A stretch of 33,518 bases of DNA from the NCBI GenBank assembly GCA_032718475.1, contig JAUCBJ010005941.1, forward strand, positions 1 through 33,518. Reading direction: 5' to 3'. The position numbers were made by a program, and so were the translations under genes. The stretch is from Nemertoderma westbladi (taxonomy: Eukaryota > Animalia > Xenacoelomorpha). The notes beneath the pieces are model-generated. The model worked only from the letters and a program-made list of their open reading frames with translations. It was not told the DNA's origin and searched no databases. Positions 21,847-33,014 of the stretch are shown here, one piece after another (position 1 is the stretch's first letter; every line of letters starts with the position of its first letter).

Positions 21847-21981
21847 CATTATATCGCCATCGCTACTGGATGCATCGTCAGATGATGACTCGTTACTTCT
21901 GGATTTTTCATTGGCTGATTTGTCGTCAGTTGTTTTGTTCCTTTTTACTGATCTCTTTAATTGACGATCAGTTCCACCCGG
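21847..21981 (-). CDS. Candidate host gene, repeat exon B (135 bp, phase 0/0)
   Basis: atttcAG | PGGTDRQLKRSVKRNKTTDDKSANEKSRSNESSSDDASSSDGDIM | GTTAG. Confidence 0.7.
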
Positions 21982-22053
21982 CTGAAATTTAAAAGTACAG
22001 AATTGGCTTATATTGTAGGTTAATTATTGGGAAATTTTACATAGGCAAAGTGT

Positions 22054-22707
22054 TGTGACGGGATCGGAGATCCCGACCGGGTTAGAAATGAATGCATCAC
22101 CGTTCTGCTGGGCAGTTGTGCTACTTGCTTTGGCCGAAGGCCGTTGGTGAAAACAATAAGAGTTTGTGTGGTTTCTCAATATTAATTAACATAGATGATA
22201 ATAGCACGACAGTAATGATACAGATACAATAGTAGAAAATACAGATTAAATGCTGTTAATGGCAGTGACGGTCATTAACTATGACCAGTCTGCAATGACC
22301 GAATAACTCAACTGACCAGTAAATGAGTAATGTAGGATAATATATGGTTAACACACATTGATATTGATTTCACCTCTTACTGTACTTTGGCCCTCTGTAC
22401 CCAATGGATGCTTTCCTGTCCCTAATCACGTGCTTCCCTCCACACCATTGGCTAATATACTAATTGTCACTTTGGCACTCTCTGTGAGTGTTTCCCCCCG
22501 CTGCTAGCCTCTACTGGCTGTATTCACTCCGAGGTGGTTTGACCTCTCACCTCTCGCTGTGGCTTTGGGGATTGTGTCCCCCCCCCCCCCCCAATGTTGG
22601 TTATGATACGAGATTAATATTGGTAATCTCGTATCCCCAACATATTGCTAAAATGCCACTGGTCCCATTTTCTGGTGGGTAATGAAGTGGAATTGAATCC
22701 GCTTACA
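22054..22707 (-). mobile_element. Solo-LTR-like element, copy 3 (654 bp)
   Basis: TGT...ACA termini. Flanks AGTGT/AGTAT (4/5 TSD). Ends tgtgacgggatcg and ggaattgaatccgcttaca match copy 1 in reverse. Confidence 0.85.
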
Positions 22708-22809
22708 AGTATCATATGGGTACTAGTAGTAATAACAGTAATAGTTATTACAGGGAATGAAGGTCAGCCAGCAGCACCCGCAAAAAAATAAGCAGTACTT
22801 AAGCAGTAC

Positions 22810-23728
22810 AGTACTACTACTAGAATCAGCATGCTGCATTGCAGCTTAGAATGGTGTGCCGGCTTGTCGACAAAATTGCGCCGCCACAACTCCCTATCAC
22901 CCATGACATTTGCTAGATCATCCGCATCTTCACTGTGTTCTTTAAGATGGGTCATCAGAAACTCATGAGCTGTCCACCATGCTTATTCACTCCATGAGGC
23001 TGCCAAAGTATAAGATTATGCACTGGCTGGTCCTCACGGCGAAAGCAATGTCCTGCAAAATGGAGGCGACTTTGTTCTAGTGCCAAGCTTGGGGGAACCA
23101 ATGAGATACCTGCAATGTTATATAGTGTCTGGTTGGAGATGTGTGCATTGTACTTGACATAATGAACCCGGCGTAGCATTCTTGTGAATGTGCCATCCTG
23201 GGATTTGGTGTCCTCAGAAGATAGAGCCCAGCATGGAGTCTCATAGAGGAGTACTGGAACTACTGCTGCTCTAAATAATCGGACTTTAAGTTTCCGATTA
23301 ATTCTCGGTGATTTCCAAATCCTGGAAAGCCTATTCAAATCTGCCCATGCCTTCCCTTATGCATTCGAAGGTCCTCACCTGACTTCCGGATCCATGATCC
23401 TATGTAAAAGAAGACGTCCACATGCTCAAGCATACCATCCTTTGAGCTTATGCTCATCCGGTCAGAGACTTGCTGAGAACTTTCAAAGTAAACTCAAAAT
23501 TTTGGTCTTTTTGGAGTTAATAAAAAGACCGACACTAGAAGCGGCCTGTTCTAATAAGCTGAGGAGCCGTTGGGCTCCCTCTAGTGATTCTGAGAGTACT
23601 CCTAAGTCATCAGCAAAGTCTAGATCAGTTAGGTACTTGGCAGGATTTCCTCGACTTCTGGAGCCAGTAGGTGGAGTTATCATCACCCCATCATCATTAT
23701 GATGATCTAAGGACATGCGTAGAACATA
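22810..23728 (-). mobile_element. RTE family B, 5'-truncated degenerate copy
   Basis: Homologous to about 18177-19110 with small deletions; (agt)n tail near 22812-22822. Confidence 0.93.
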
Positions 23729-23739
23729 CTACCTACTAC

Positions 23740-23893
23740 CTCAATGGTTTAGCTTTTCACGCACACCGCCAACACTCCCCTGACTTCGTTAACGCCATGA
23801 TCCTTCAGTAAGAACTTAATTAATACACTTAGTCGCCGTATTATAGAGACCTCGTTCATTAAGATGTTCGCCGACAAATACTCACTTATTTGA
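23740..23893 (+). pseudogene. Degenerate C-terminal half of a second PLE-type GIY-YIG domain
   Basis: LNGLAFHAHRQHSPDFVNAMILQ*ELN, frameshift, TLSRRIIETSFIK. This fits the PLE pattern ALA.H....H..D.....IL..E.N...R.I.E...I. An AT-rich UTR-like stretch follows. Confidence 0.6.
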
Positions 23894-24290
23894 TCCCCGA
23901 ACGATGAAGCCCTTTTACAGATCCGAGAGCACCCATTTCCCGGACTGGTAGCTTCTGTCGTTACTCCGGTAACTCTTTCTTATTATACAGATTTAGTCCA
24001 CTTTATCATTGACTATTGGTAACCCTATATGCTTTTTATTAATGTTTACCACTCACTTTTTATGTACCCCTACTTCCTCTCCTGTTACAACCATATTTAA
24101 TTATTTACAATACATGATTGTTTTAACTATTTACTATATATAATTAAGTTAACTATTTACAATATATAATTATGTTTCTCTCTGATTTCATTTGTATCCC
24201 AGTTTTTTTCCGTTGTACAGTATTAATATTTGCGGCAGATACATAATATTCATGTACCCCCTTTGTATTGTATTAATATTTACCACCGTG

Positions 24291-24460
24291 CACCTACTTT
24301 ACCTTACCACTTCATACCCACTTTACATTACTACCTCACATTTACTTTACCTTACCACTTCACACCTTCTTTACCTTAGCACTTCACACCTTCTTTACCT
24401 TAGCACTCAACACCTACTTTACCTTACCTCCTCACTCTCACACCTACTTTACCTTACCAC
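24291..24460. repeat. 24-bp minisatellite, about 7 diverged units
   Basis: Consensus cacctactttaccttaccacttca. Confidence 0.9.
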
Positions 24461-24487
24461 AATATTTAATTATCTTCTACCGTTATA

Positions 24488-25259
24488 CACCATGTCCCGT
24501 AATATAGTGTCATTTTCTGATGACACGGACACCCCCCTAGATTTTTCTACAAATCTTTATCATATTGCTTGAAGTTTGAAACACAACTAGTTTCACTCAC
24601 CGTCAATGACCCCATGAAGCCGTAATTTTCGATTTTGCCTTTAAATTTTTTTATAAGCGTTTTAAAAAAGTGTCTTTTACGAAATCGCACCCTCAGTATC
24701 GAGGCCATTCTTCACATTAGTCGTAACTTTTTCATATCAATAAGAAGCTCGCGTTGCAAGGATTCCAAATATGTAACAATATCTGTGTAACAATTTCATT
24801 GAGAAACAGCTGAGATATAGGCGTTCAAAGATTGCAAGAATTATCGTTCGCTAGATGCCAATTATTCTATTAAATAAATACACAAAATTCTAGAATGTGT
24901 TATTTATTTTATAAGTTGGTTGCCAACAACGGTAATTCTATCCAATATATCTATTGCGTAGCTATTCCTACTTAAACAAAATGTTCCAGAAGAGCGTGTA
25001 TTTTATTAAATAGAATAAATGGCATCTTACGAACGATAATTCTTGCAATCTTTGAACGCCTATATCTCAGCTGTTTCTCAATGAAATATAGATATTGTTA
25101 CTTGTTACATATTTGGAATCCTTGCAACGCAAGCTTCTTAATGATATGAAAAAGTTACGACTAATGCGAAGAATGGCCACGATACTGAGGGTGCGATTTC
25201 GTAAAAGACACTTTTTTAAATCGCTTATAAAAAAAATTTAAAGGTAAAATCGAAAATTA
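24488..25259. mobile_element. Long-TIR MITE, copy 3, with near-perfect inverted arms; right end lost next to the satellite
   Basis: Starts ta|caccatgtccc. About 24623-24890 is the inverse of about 24990-25259 with few mismatches. Confidence 0.88.
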
Positions 25260-25294
25260 TATAAATAAATATAAAAATAAATATAAAAAAGAAA

Positions 25295-27484
25295 ATATAC
25301 ATACATACATTATATAGAAGGTAGCCATATATACATACAATATATAGAAGGTAGCCATATATACATACAATATATAGAAGGCAGCCATATATACATACAA
25401 TATATAGAAGGTAGCCATATATACATACAATATAAAGAAGGTAGCCATATATACATACAATATATAGAAGGTAGCCATATATACATACAATATATCGAAG
25501 GTAGCCATATATACATACAATATATAGAAGGTAGCCATATATACATACAATATATAGAAGGCAGCCATATATACATACAATATATAGAAGGTAGCCATAT
25601 ATACATACAATATATAGAAGGTAGCCATATATACATACAATATATAGAAGGTAGCCATATATACATACAATATATAGAAGGTAGCCATATATACATACAA
25701 TATATAGAAGGTAGCCATATATACATACAATATATAGAAGGCAGCCATATATACATACAATATATAGAAGGTAGCCATATATACATACAATATATAGAAG
25801 GCAGCCATATATACATACAATATATAGAAGGTAGCCATATATACATACAATATATAGAAGGTAGCCATATATACATACAATATATAGAAGGTAGCCATAT
25901 ATACATACAATATATAGAAAGTAGCCATATATACATACAATATATAGAAGGTAGCCATATATACATACAATATATAGAAGGTAGCCATATATACATACAA
26001 TATATAGAAGGTAGCCATATATACATACAATATATAGAAGGCAGCCATATATACATACAATATATAGAAGGTAGCCATATATACATACAATATATAGAAG
26101 GTAGCCATATATACATACAATATATAGAAGGTAGCCATATATACATACAATATATAGAAGGTAGCCATATATACATACAATATATAGAAGGTAGCCATAT
26201 ATACATACAATATATAGAAGGTAGCCATATATACATACAATATATAGAAGGTAGCCATATATACATACAATATATAGAAGGTAGCCATATATACATACAA
26301 TATATAGAAGGTAGCCATATATACATACAATATATAGAAGGTAGCCTTATATACATACAATATATAGAAGACAGCCATATATACATACAATATATAGAAG
26401 GTAGCCATATATACATACAATATATAGAAGGTAGCCATATATACATACAATATATAGAAGGTAGCCATATATACATACAATATATAGAAGGTAGCATATA
26501 TACATACAATATATATAAGGCAGCCGTATATACATACAATATATAGAAGGTAGCCATATATACATACAATATGTAGAAGGTTTCCATATATACATACAAT
26601 ATATAGAAGGTAGCCATATATACATACAATATATATAAGGCAGCCATATATACATACAATATATAGAAGGCAGCCACACATACATACAATATATAGAAGG
26701 TAGCCATATATACATACAATATATAGAAGGTAGCCATATATACATACAATATATAGAAGGTAGCTAGCCATATATACATACAATATATATAAGGTAGCCA
26801 TATATACATACAATATATAGAAGGTAGCCATATATACATACAATATAGCGAAGGTAGCTAGCCATATATACATACAATATATAGAAGGTAGCCATATATA
26901 CATACAATATAGCGAAGGTAGCTAGCCATATATACATACAATATATAGAAGGTAGCCATTTATACATACAATATATAGAAGGTAGCCATATATACATACA
27001 ATATATAGAAGGTAGCCATATATACATACAATATATAGAAGGTAGCCATATATACATACAATATATCGAAGGTAGCCATATATACATACAATATATAGAA
27101 GGTAGCCATATATACATACAATATATAGAAGGCAGCCATATATACATACAATATATAGAAGGTAGCCATATATACATACAATATATAGAAGGTAGCCATA
27201 TATACATACAATATATAGAAGGTAGCCATATATACATACAATATATAGAAGGTAGCCATATATACATACAATATATAGAAGGTAGCCATATATACATACA
27301 ATATATAGAAGGCAGCCATATATACATACAATATATAGAAGGTAGCCATATATACATACAATATATAGAAGGTAGCCATATATACATACAATATATATAA
27401 GGCAGCCATATATACATACAATATATAGAAGGTAGCCATATATACATACAATATATAGAAGGTAGCCATATATACATACAATAT
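25295..27484. repeat. 30-bp minisatellite, about 73 units
   Basis: Unit gtagccatatatacatacaatatatagaag. Recurrent gcagcc variants; indels are confined to about 26495-26925. Confidence 0.98.
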
Positions 27485-27501
27485 AAATAGCATTGACTTA
27501 C

Positions 27502-27585
27502 CTCTGATCCAGGAATATTCACTTTGGTTATATTTTTTACTTTCTTGTGTGATTTACGTGTGGGGGAATTCTTCGGGGTGTTTTG
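27502..27585 (-). CDS. Candidate host gene, basic mini-exon (84 bp, phase 0/0)
   Basis: attacAG | QNTPKNSPTRKSHKKVKNITKVNIPGSE | GTAAGT (consensus donor). Confidence 0.7.
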
Positions 27586-27792
27586 CTGTAATATAATTAA
27601 ACCAATTAACTCCGAGTGCTACGTAAACCAGATTCAACCAATAAACCTGAGTTATGCATTAGATACCTGTTAAAGCAGACTTATCAAATCAATAGCTTCC
27701 CTTAGAACCGGGTAGTACTTTGATGTTAATTGGTTTAGTGACTGTTAAAATAATAATTACATGTGGTCGATAGTGGAATTTACTTTGGTTAC

Positions 27793-27840
27793 CTTTTTTA
27801 CTTTCTTGGGGGATTTGCGTGATTTCTTGTGGCGTTTTCT
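27793..27840 (-). CDS. Candidate host gene, basic mini-exon paralog (48 bp if the AAG|GTAACC donor is used)
   Basis: ttattgcAG | RKRHKKSRKSPKKVKK | GTAACC, paralogous to 27502-27585. The alternative donor at 27760 would give 80 bp and break the frame. Confidence 0.5.
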
Positions 27841-28089
27841 CTGCAATAAAATAGAAACTAATTAAAACCGAGTACTGTGGACCTACTGTGTACTTAGACT
27901 CAACCAATCAACCTATCTTTTCATTGATAACGGATATTGAAACAATGTTGTTATATCCTAATATCTTAATTTGCTAAAGAAAAAAAAAATTTGCATTGTA
28001 ACCGTATGATAATTATAGAGGTTTCGTCGTAACACGGCATGACAGTGACAGGTGTATACAGTTTTGGGCGCACATCCTCCATATTTTTA

Positions 28090-31000
28090 TATTAGATAAT
28101 TTTATTTCTTTGTTTTTTGAAAAAAATATTGTTCTTTATCAAATAATTGTTGTTCTAGAACATTTTATAAGATATATAATTTTTGGCTAGAGTTCCGTTT
28201 GTGTTACACATTTTTATACTAATAATGATGTATATGAATGAGTACTTGATCTTGGCAGGCCTAGCTAGCGAGCTTGGCAGGCCTAGCTAGTGAATTTTAT
28301 GCTAGCTAGTGTTTTTTTAGCTAGTAAAATTTTTTTTTGAGATTTTAAATATAATATATTTTATTTATTAAATTACAGTTTATAATTTGAATTGTACCGT
28401 TAGTGAGATAGAATTAATTAAATTGAAAATAATGGGTTTTAAATTTTGGTTCTAGACATGAATTTATTTTTTATAAATAGCATGCATTTTTTTATCAAAA
28501 TTAATAAAAAATGTTCTAGAACAAAACATATTTGTTCTAGACATTAATTATTTTTTATGAATAGGCCTAACTAATTAATTACTGTATGTTCTAAAAAACA
28601 TTTACAAAAAAAACTGGAAAAAACTAGCTACAGTACAATACACTTTTTAACAAAATGTAATTACAAACGGAACCGTTACCACATTTTACATATTTTAAAC
28701 GAGTTGTGTTAAAAATTGGCACTTATTCGACATGGGTACCTACTTTAAAATTTTTTTTGGGAACAGTTCTATATGCAGTCGCACTGTCAAAAAAGTTTTT
28801 ATGAAATCTATAGGCATATATTATGACTAATTTAGAACTAAATTACTATCGTTGACTTCCTCACAATATTTTTCAAAAAAATATTGTGTTCTAGAACACA
28901 ATATTAGCTAATTTCAGAACATTAGCTACCACTAATCAAAAATCAAGGTTTATTATTTATATTTCTCCTCCCCACTAGTTTCGTGCTCCTCCCCACTAGC
29001 TACCATAAACAATACATTTTTTTGCCGAGGGATGTTCTAGAACATTAATATATGTCAAAAACTGCTGAAATATAGCTTGTAAATTTTTTTTTCAAAAAAC
29101 ACTAGCTACCGGTATATTAAAAATACTAGCTACCATAGAAAAACATTATTTTTTTTTTGATGCGTGATAAGTTCAAGAACATTCAATGTTGATTGTATAT
29201 ATGGTAATGTATAATAAAATAAAAAAAAATTTAATATTTAATAAATTATCTTTTAAAAAATTACTAGCTAGTCGATTAGCTATTGTTCTAAAACACAATA
29301 TTGAAAAATGTTGCAATGAAGTCGGTGGGGATATTACTATGCAAAAAGTACATCATTTCATTAAATAATATCAAAATATCAAATGCGACTGCATACGGAA
29401 CTCTAGCCACGTTTTTGAAACCTGTGTTTTTTTCCCAACAATGTTCTAGAAAAAAATGTGTTCTATAACAAAAATATTTATCGATATATATCTATAACAT
29501 TTTATCTATAACATATATTTAAAAAAGATAGAAAAAAACGTGCTAGTATAAAAAATAAAAATATTATAGAACAAAAATATTTATCAAAATTGATAACTAA
29601 CATGTGTTCTATACCATTTATAAAATAAGTTGAAAAAAACTAGCTACTGTAAAAAATAAAAAATGTATTCTAGAACAAAAAAAAGTGTTCTAGAACAAAT
29701 ATGTTATCAAAATTGATAGCTTACACGTAATTTGAAATGTAGGTAGGCCTACCCATGTCGTATACGTGCCTAAAAACTATTATAACAATTACATAAATTA
29801 TAATAATTGTAGCTTGTGGATTTTATGGTAGCTAAAATTTAATTTTAAAAATGTTTTTAGAAAGATATTTAATAGGGCCTATATCAGTATAAATAAACTG
29901 TAGAAGTAGGTCCACATAAATTAGTTCTAGAACCAAATTTATATATAAATAAAAATAATAGATAACATGCTATATAGAACATGTTCAAATATAAACTGAC
30001 AAAAACTATAATTAATTAAGTACCGTATATATTGTTTTGTATTATGGAAAAAAATATATTTGTTCAAGAACAAAATTGTCTTTAAATAAAATACAAAATA
30101 TTTATAAAAAGATATTTAAAAACCGTAATTTTAAAACGTTCTAGAGCAATATATAATTGTTCTACAATAAATTAAAAAATATATCAATAAAATACATTTA
30201 TCTAGAAAATATTCAAAAAAATAAATAGAAAGATATATAATATATCAGTATAAATAAAATGTTATACGTAGGCGTAGGCCCAAATATATTAGTTCTAGAA
30301 CCAAATTTATATATAAATAAAAATAATAGATATAGAAAATGTTCAAATATAAACTGACAAAAACTATAATTAAGTATATATTTTTTGTGTTATGGGACAA
30401 AATATATTTGTTCAAGAACAAAATTGTATTTTAAATAAAATAGATAATATGTATGAAAATATATTTAAAAACCGTAATTTTAATCCGTTCTAGAGCAATA
30501 TATAATTGTTCTACATTAAGTTAAAAAATATATCAATAACGACGCCAGGCTAAAAGCCCTGCGGAGTCCGTCCCACCATCCGGGGTGGCAAGGTCGAACT
30601 CCCTGGACCACCCCGCCGCAGGCTGCTGGCTTGACGCCATCCCCGTCAGCTCTCTGGTGACTGAAGCTGACGGACTCGCAGTTCCGGATCTCGGTCGGCA
30701 CTCGTCTTAGGGTGTAGGCTGACCGAGCCCCACAGCTGTGCCCGGTGTGGCAAGGATGTTCTGTCGGATGGCCTCCATGGTCTTTCCTGCTCAAGGAGCC
30801 TCGGCAGACTTCCGCGCCACTCAATGTTGAACGACATTGTGCGCCGGGCGCTCACAGCTGGGCGTCCCGCTACGCTTGAGCCACTAGGCTTGTGTAGAGG
30901 GGATGGGAAGCGAGTAGATGGCGTCACCCTGGTCCCGTGGAGCCGCGGGCGGTTCCTCACGTGGGACGCGACGGTGGCGGACCCACTGGCACCCAGCCAC

Positions 31001-31930
31001 CTTCGCCCAGACGCTATCCGCCGGAGGCCGCACTGCAGAGGAAGCGGAAACTCTAAAGATCCGCAAGTACCAGGAACTCATGGACCGGGGCTACCTCTTC
31101 CAACCGAGTAGCCTACGAGACCTTGGGCCACCCCGGCCCAAAAACATCCGAGTTCCTGAAGGAGATTGGGGCAAGACTCCACTCCGTTACCCAGGCGCCC
31201 CGATCTCACCGCTTCCTCCTGCAAAGGCTGGCAATCGCCATCCTGGTCGGCAATGCGGCCTCCATTATGGGGACCGTGGACCCCTCACTCACTAACAACG
31301 AGGGACTCTACGAGGTGGTCCATGGTCCCTAATACCCCAACACCACCCCCCCCCCCCCCCCCACCCACCCCCCTCCACAATGAAACAGACTAACTTACCC
31401 CCCCCCCCCCCCCTAGCTTTCTTATTTTGTTTTTTAAGTTTTAATTTAATCTAATGTGTGAAAGTTAAATTCTTGTAATTTATTGAGATTATTTCATATT
31501 GAATTTTCAATTGTATTACCCGCATTACACCAATTATTAAATTATAAAATATATTTATCTAGAAAATATTCAAAAAAATAAATAGAAAGATATTTAATAT
31601 ATCAGTATAAATAACATGTTATACTGTAGACGTAGGCCCATATAGATTAGTTCTAGAACCAAATTTATATATAAATAAAAATAATAGATACAGAACATGT
31701 TCAAATATAAACTGACAAAAACCATAATTAAGTATATATTTGTTTGTGTTATGGAACAAAATATATTTGTTCAAGAACAAAATTATATTTTAAATAAAAT
31801 AGATAATATGTATAAAAAGATATTTAAAAACAGTAATTTTAAAACGTTCTAGAGCAATATATAATTGTTCTACAACATAAATTAAAAAATATATCAATAA
31901 AATATATTTATCTAGAAAATATTAAAAAAA
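28090..31930. repeat. AT-rich degenerate foldback region rich in TTCTAGAAC/CTAGCTA motifs, with three ~360-bp tandem units at its right side
   Basis: Inverted pairs cgacatgggta (~28729) / tacccatgtcg (~29750) and tatgcagtcgca (~28772) / tgcgactgcata (~29384). Direct units marked by tatatcagtataaataa at about 29879, 30241 and 31598. Confidence 0.7.
30540..31544 (+). mobile_element. 5'-truncated CRE-clade non-LTR retrotransposon (CCHC finger and restriction-like endonuclease), frameshifted
   Basis: GC-rich island. Across frames: WLDAIP, FRISVGTRL, CARC..H...C, RHSMLNDIVRRAL, DGKRVDGVTLVPWSRG..LTWDATV.D, AE..KIRKY, ETLG, QRLAIAI..GNAASIMGT. It splits atcaataa|aatatatttatc, which is intact at ~31893. 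Possible ATAA TSD. Confidence 0.88.
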
Positions 31931-32027
31931 TTAAAAAACACAAATAATTTGGGATGGTGTGTTTGCAAAATTCAGTAGTAGGCCTACCAGTGAGAGGTTC
32001 GTGTTTCGTGACACACTTAGAGCTCAC

Positions 32028-32258
32028 CATTCTCTCACAGGAGGTGGACCCCTCGTCATCGCTACTGTCTACAGTCCTACTGGATGTATTGTTGGACGAT
32101 GGAATATTACTTCTGGGTTTTCTATTGGGTGGTTGTTTAGCAGTTGTTGAGGTCTTTGTGACATAAACTATTTCCTCTACTTGGCCATGTGTCTCTGCAG
32201 TGTCATTCGATTCTTTGTGTTTTTTAGAGCGAGATTTGCTGGTGTTTGTACGTACCAT
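32028..32258 (-). CDS. Candidate host gene, first coding exon (231 bp, ATG to phase-0 donor)
   Basis: In-frame stop upstream of the ATG. MVRTNTSKSRSKKHK...TTAKQPPNRKPRSN.PSS....SSDDEGSTSCERM | GTGAG. The 3' half is homologous to exons B-D. Confidence 0.72.
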
Positions 32259-32526
32259 ATTGTAATCAGTTGAGTTTTAAAGATGATATTCGTGATAATG
32301 TTTAATAAATAATGTTTATGTAGAAACAAATTATACAGTCGTTGTTTACTTTATGAAAATAATTAGGATATTAAAATAACACTGGTTCTGGAAACATTAA
32401 AGTACTTTGTAACGATGGTTGCAGTTTGTATAAATATAACTACACTGATTCATCTAATATTTTCCAGGGGCCAGATAAAATATTAACTTCCAGAATATTA
32501 ATTTAATTTATTATAGGCCTATAGGT

Positions 32527-32866
32527 ACTAGAGACGGCGTCAAGACGCCGTTAAGCAAGTCGGAAGTCATCAATCAAATGTAAATTCCATCAACAAGCTG
32601 TCATTGACTCATTGGTGTTATTTTACCATTGCGCCTATGGCGTCTTTTCGTTTATCTCTATTTTTCGAGCCCACGGCTCATGGACGAAATAGCGGAACAT
32701 ACCAGGGACCTTAGAATCGCGGTATCTAGCCGCTGTGAAAATTTCATCAAAATCGTTAGAGTAGTTTTGGCTGTAGATCAGTCAGCCAGCCAGCCAGTCA
32801 GTCAGCCAGTCAGTCAGTCAGCCAACAATTCTTACAGTAATCAAGTCCTACGACTTGCTAATAAAT
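32527..32866. mobile_element. Helentron-associated non-autonomous element (HINE/DINE-like)
   Basis: Hairpin acggcgtc-aa-gacgccgt (32534-51), subterminal IR agcaagtcg (32554-62) / cgacttgct (32851-59), internal (cagt/cagc)n microsatellite and hairpin caagtc-ctac-gacttg. Confidence 0.65.
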
Positions 32867-33014
32867 AAATTTCTAGATCTCTAAGGATAAAATTTGGTGA
32901 ATGACATCAGTCCTAAATTTCCATGGAAATGGGAGGTCATTTAAAAACACAATTTTCTAAGTCGCCTACATAATTTTATACATGACTAACCCCCCCTTTT
33001 AGCCTGGAGCCATT

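Noticed and set aside
24192-24572. 126-aa ORF with HLLYLTTS repeats
   Set aside because: It is a translation of the 24-bp minisatellite running into a MITE end, and it has a non-ATG start.
25257-27522. Long ORFs (548, 509, 252, 177, 132 aa) as genes, or the array as CRISPR
   Set aside because: They result from a stop-free 30-bp unit. The units are contiguous with no unique spacers, and there are no cas genes.
30516-31393. Cluster of overlapping short ORFs as separate genes
   Set aside because: They are alternative frames of one GC-rich, frameshifted CRE fragment.
32421-32440. TATA-like sequence upstream of the candidate first exon
   Set aside because: Such motifs are common by chance in this AT-rich DNA and there is no transcription-start evidence.
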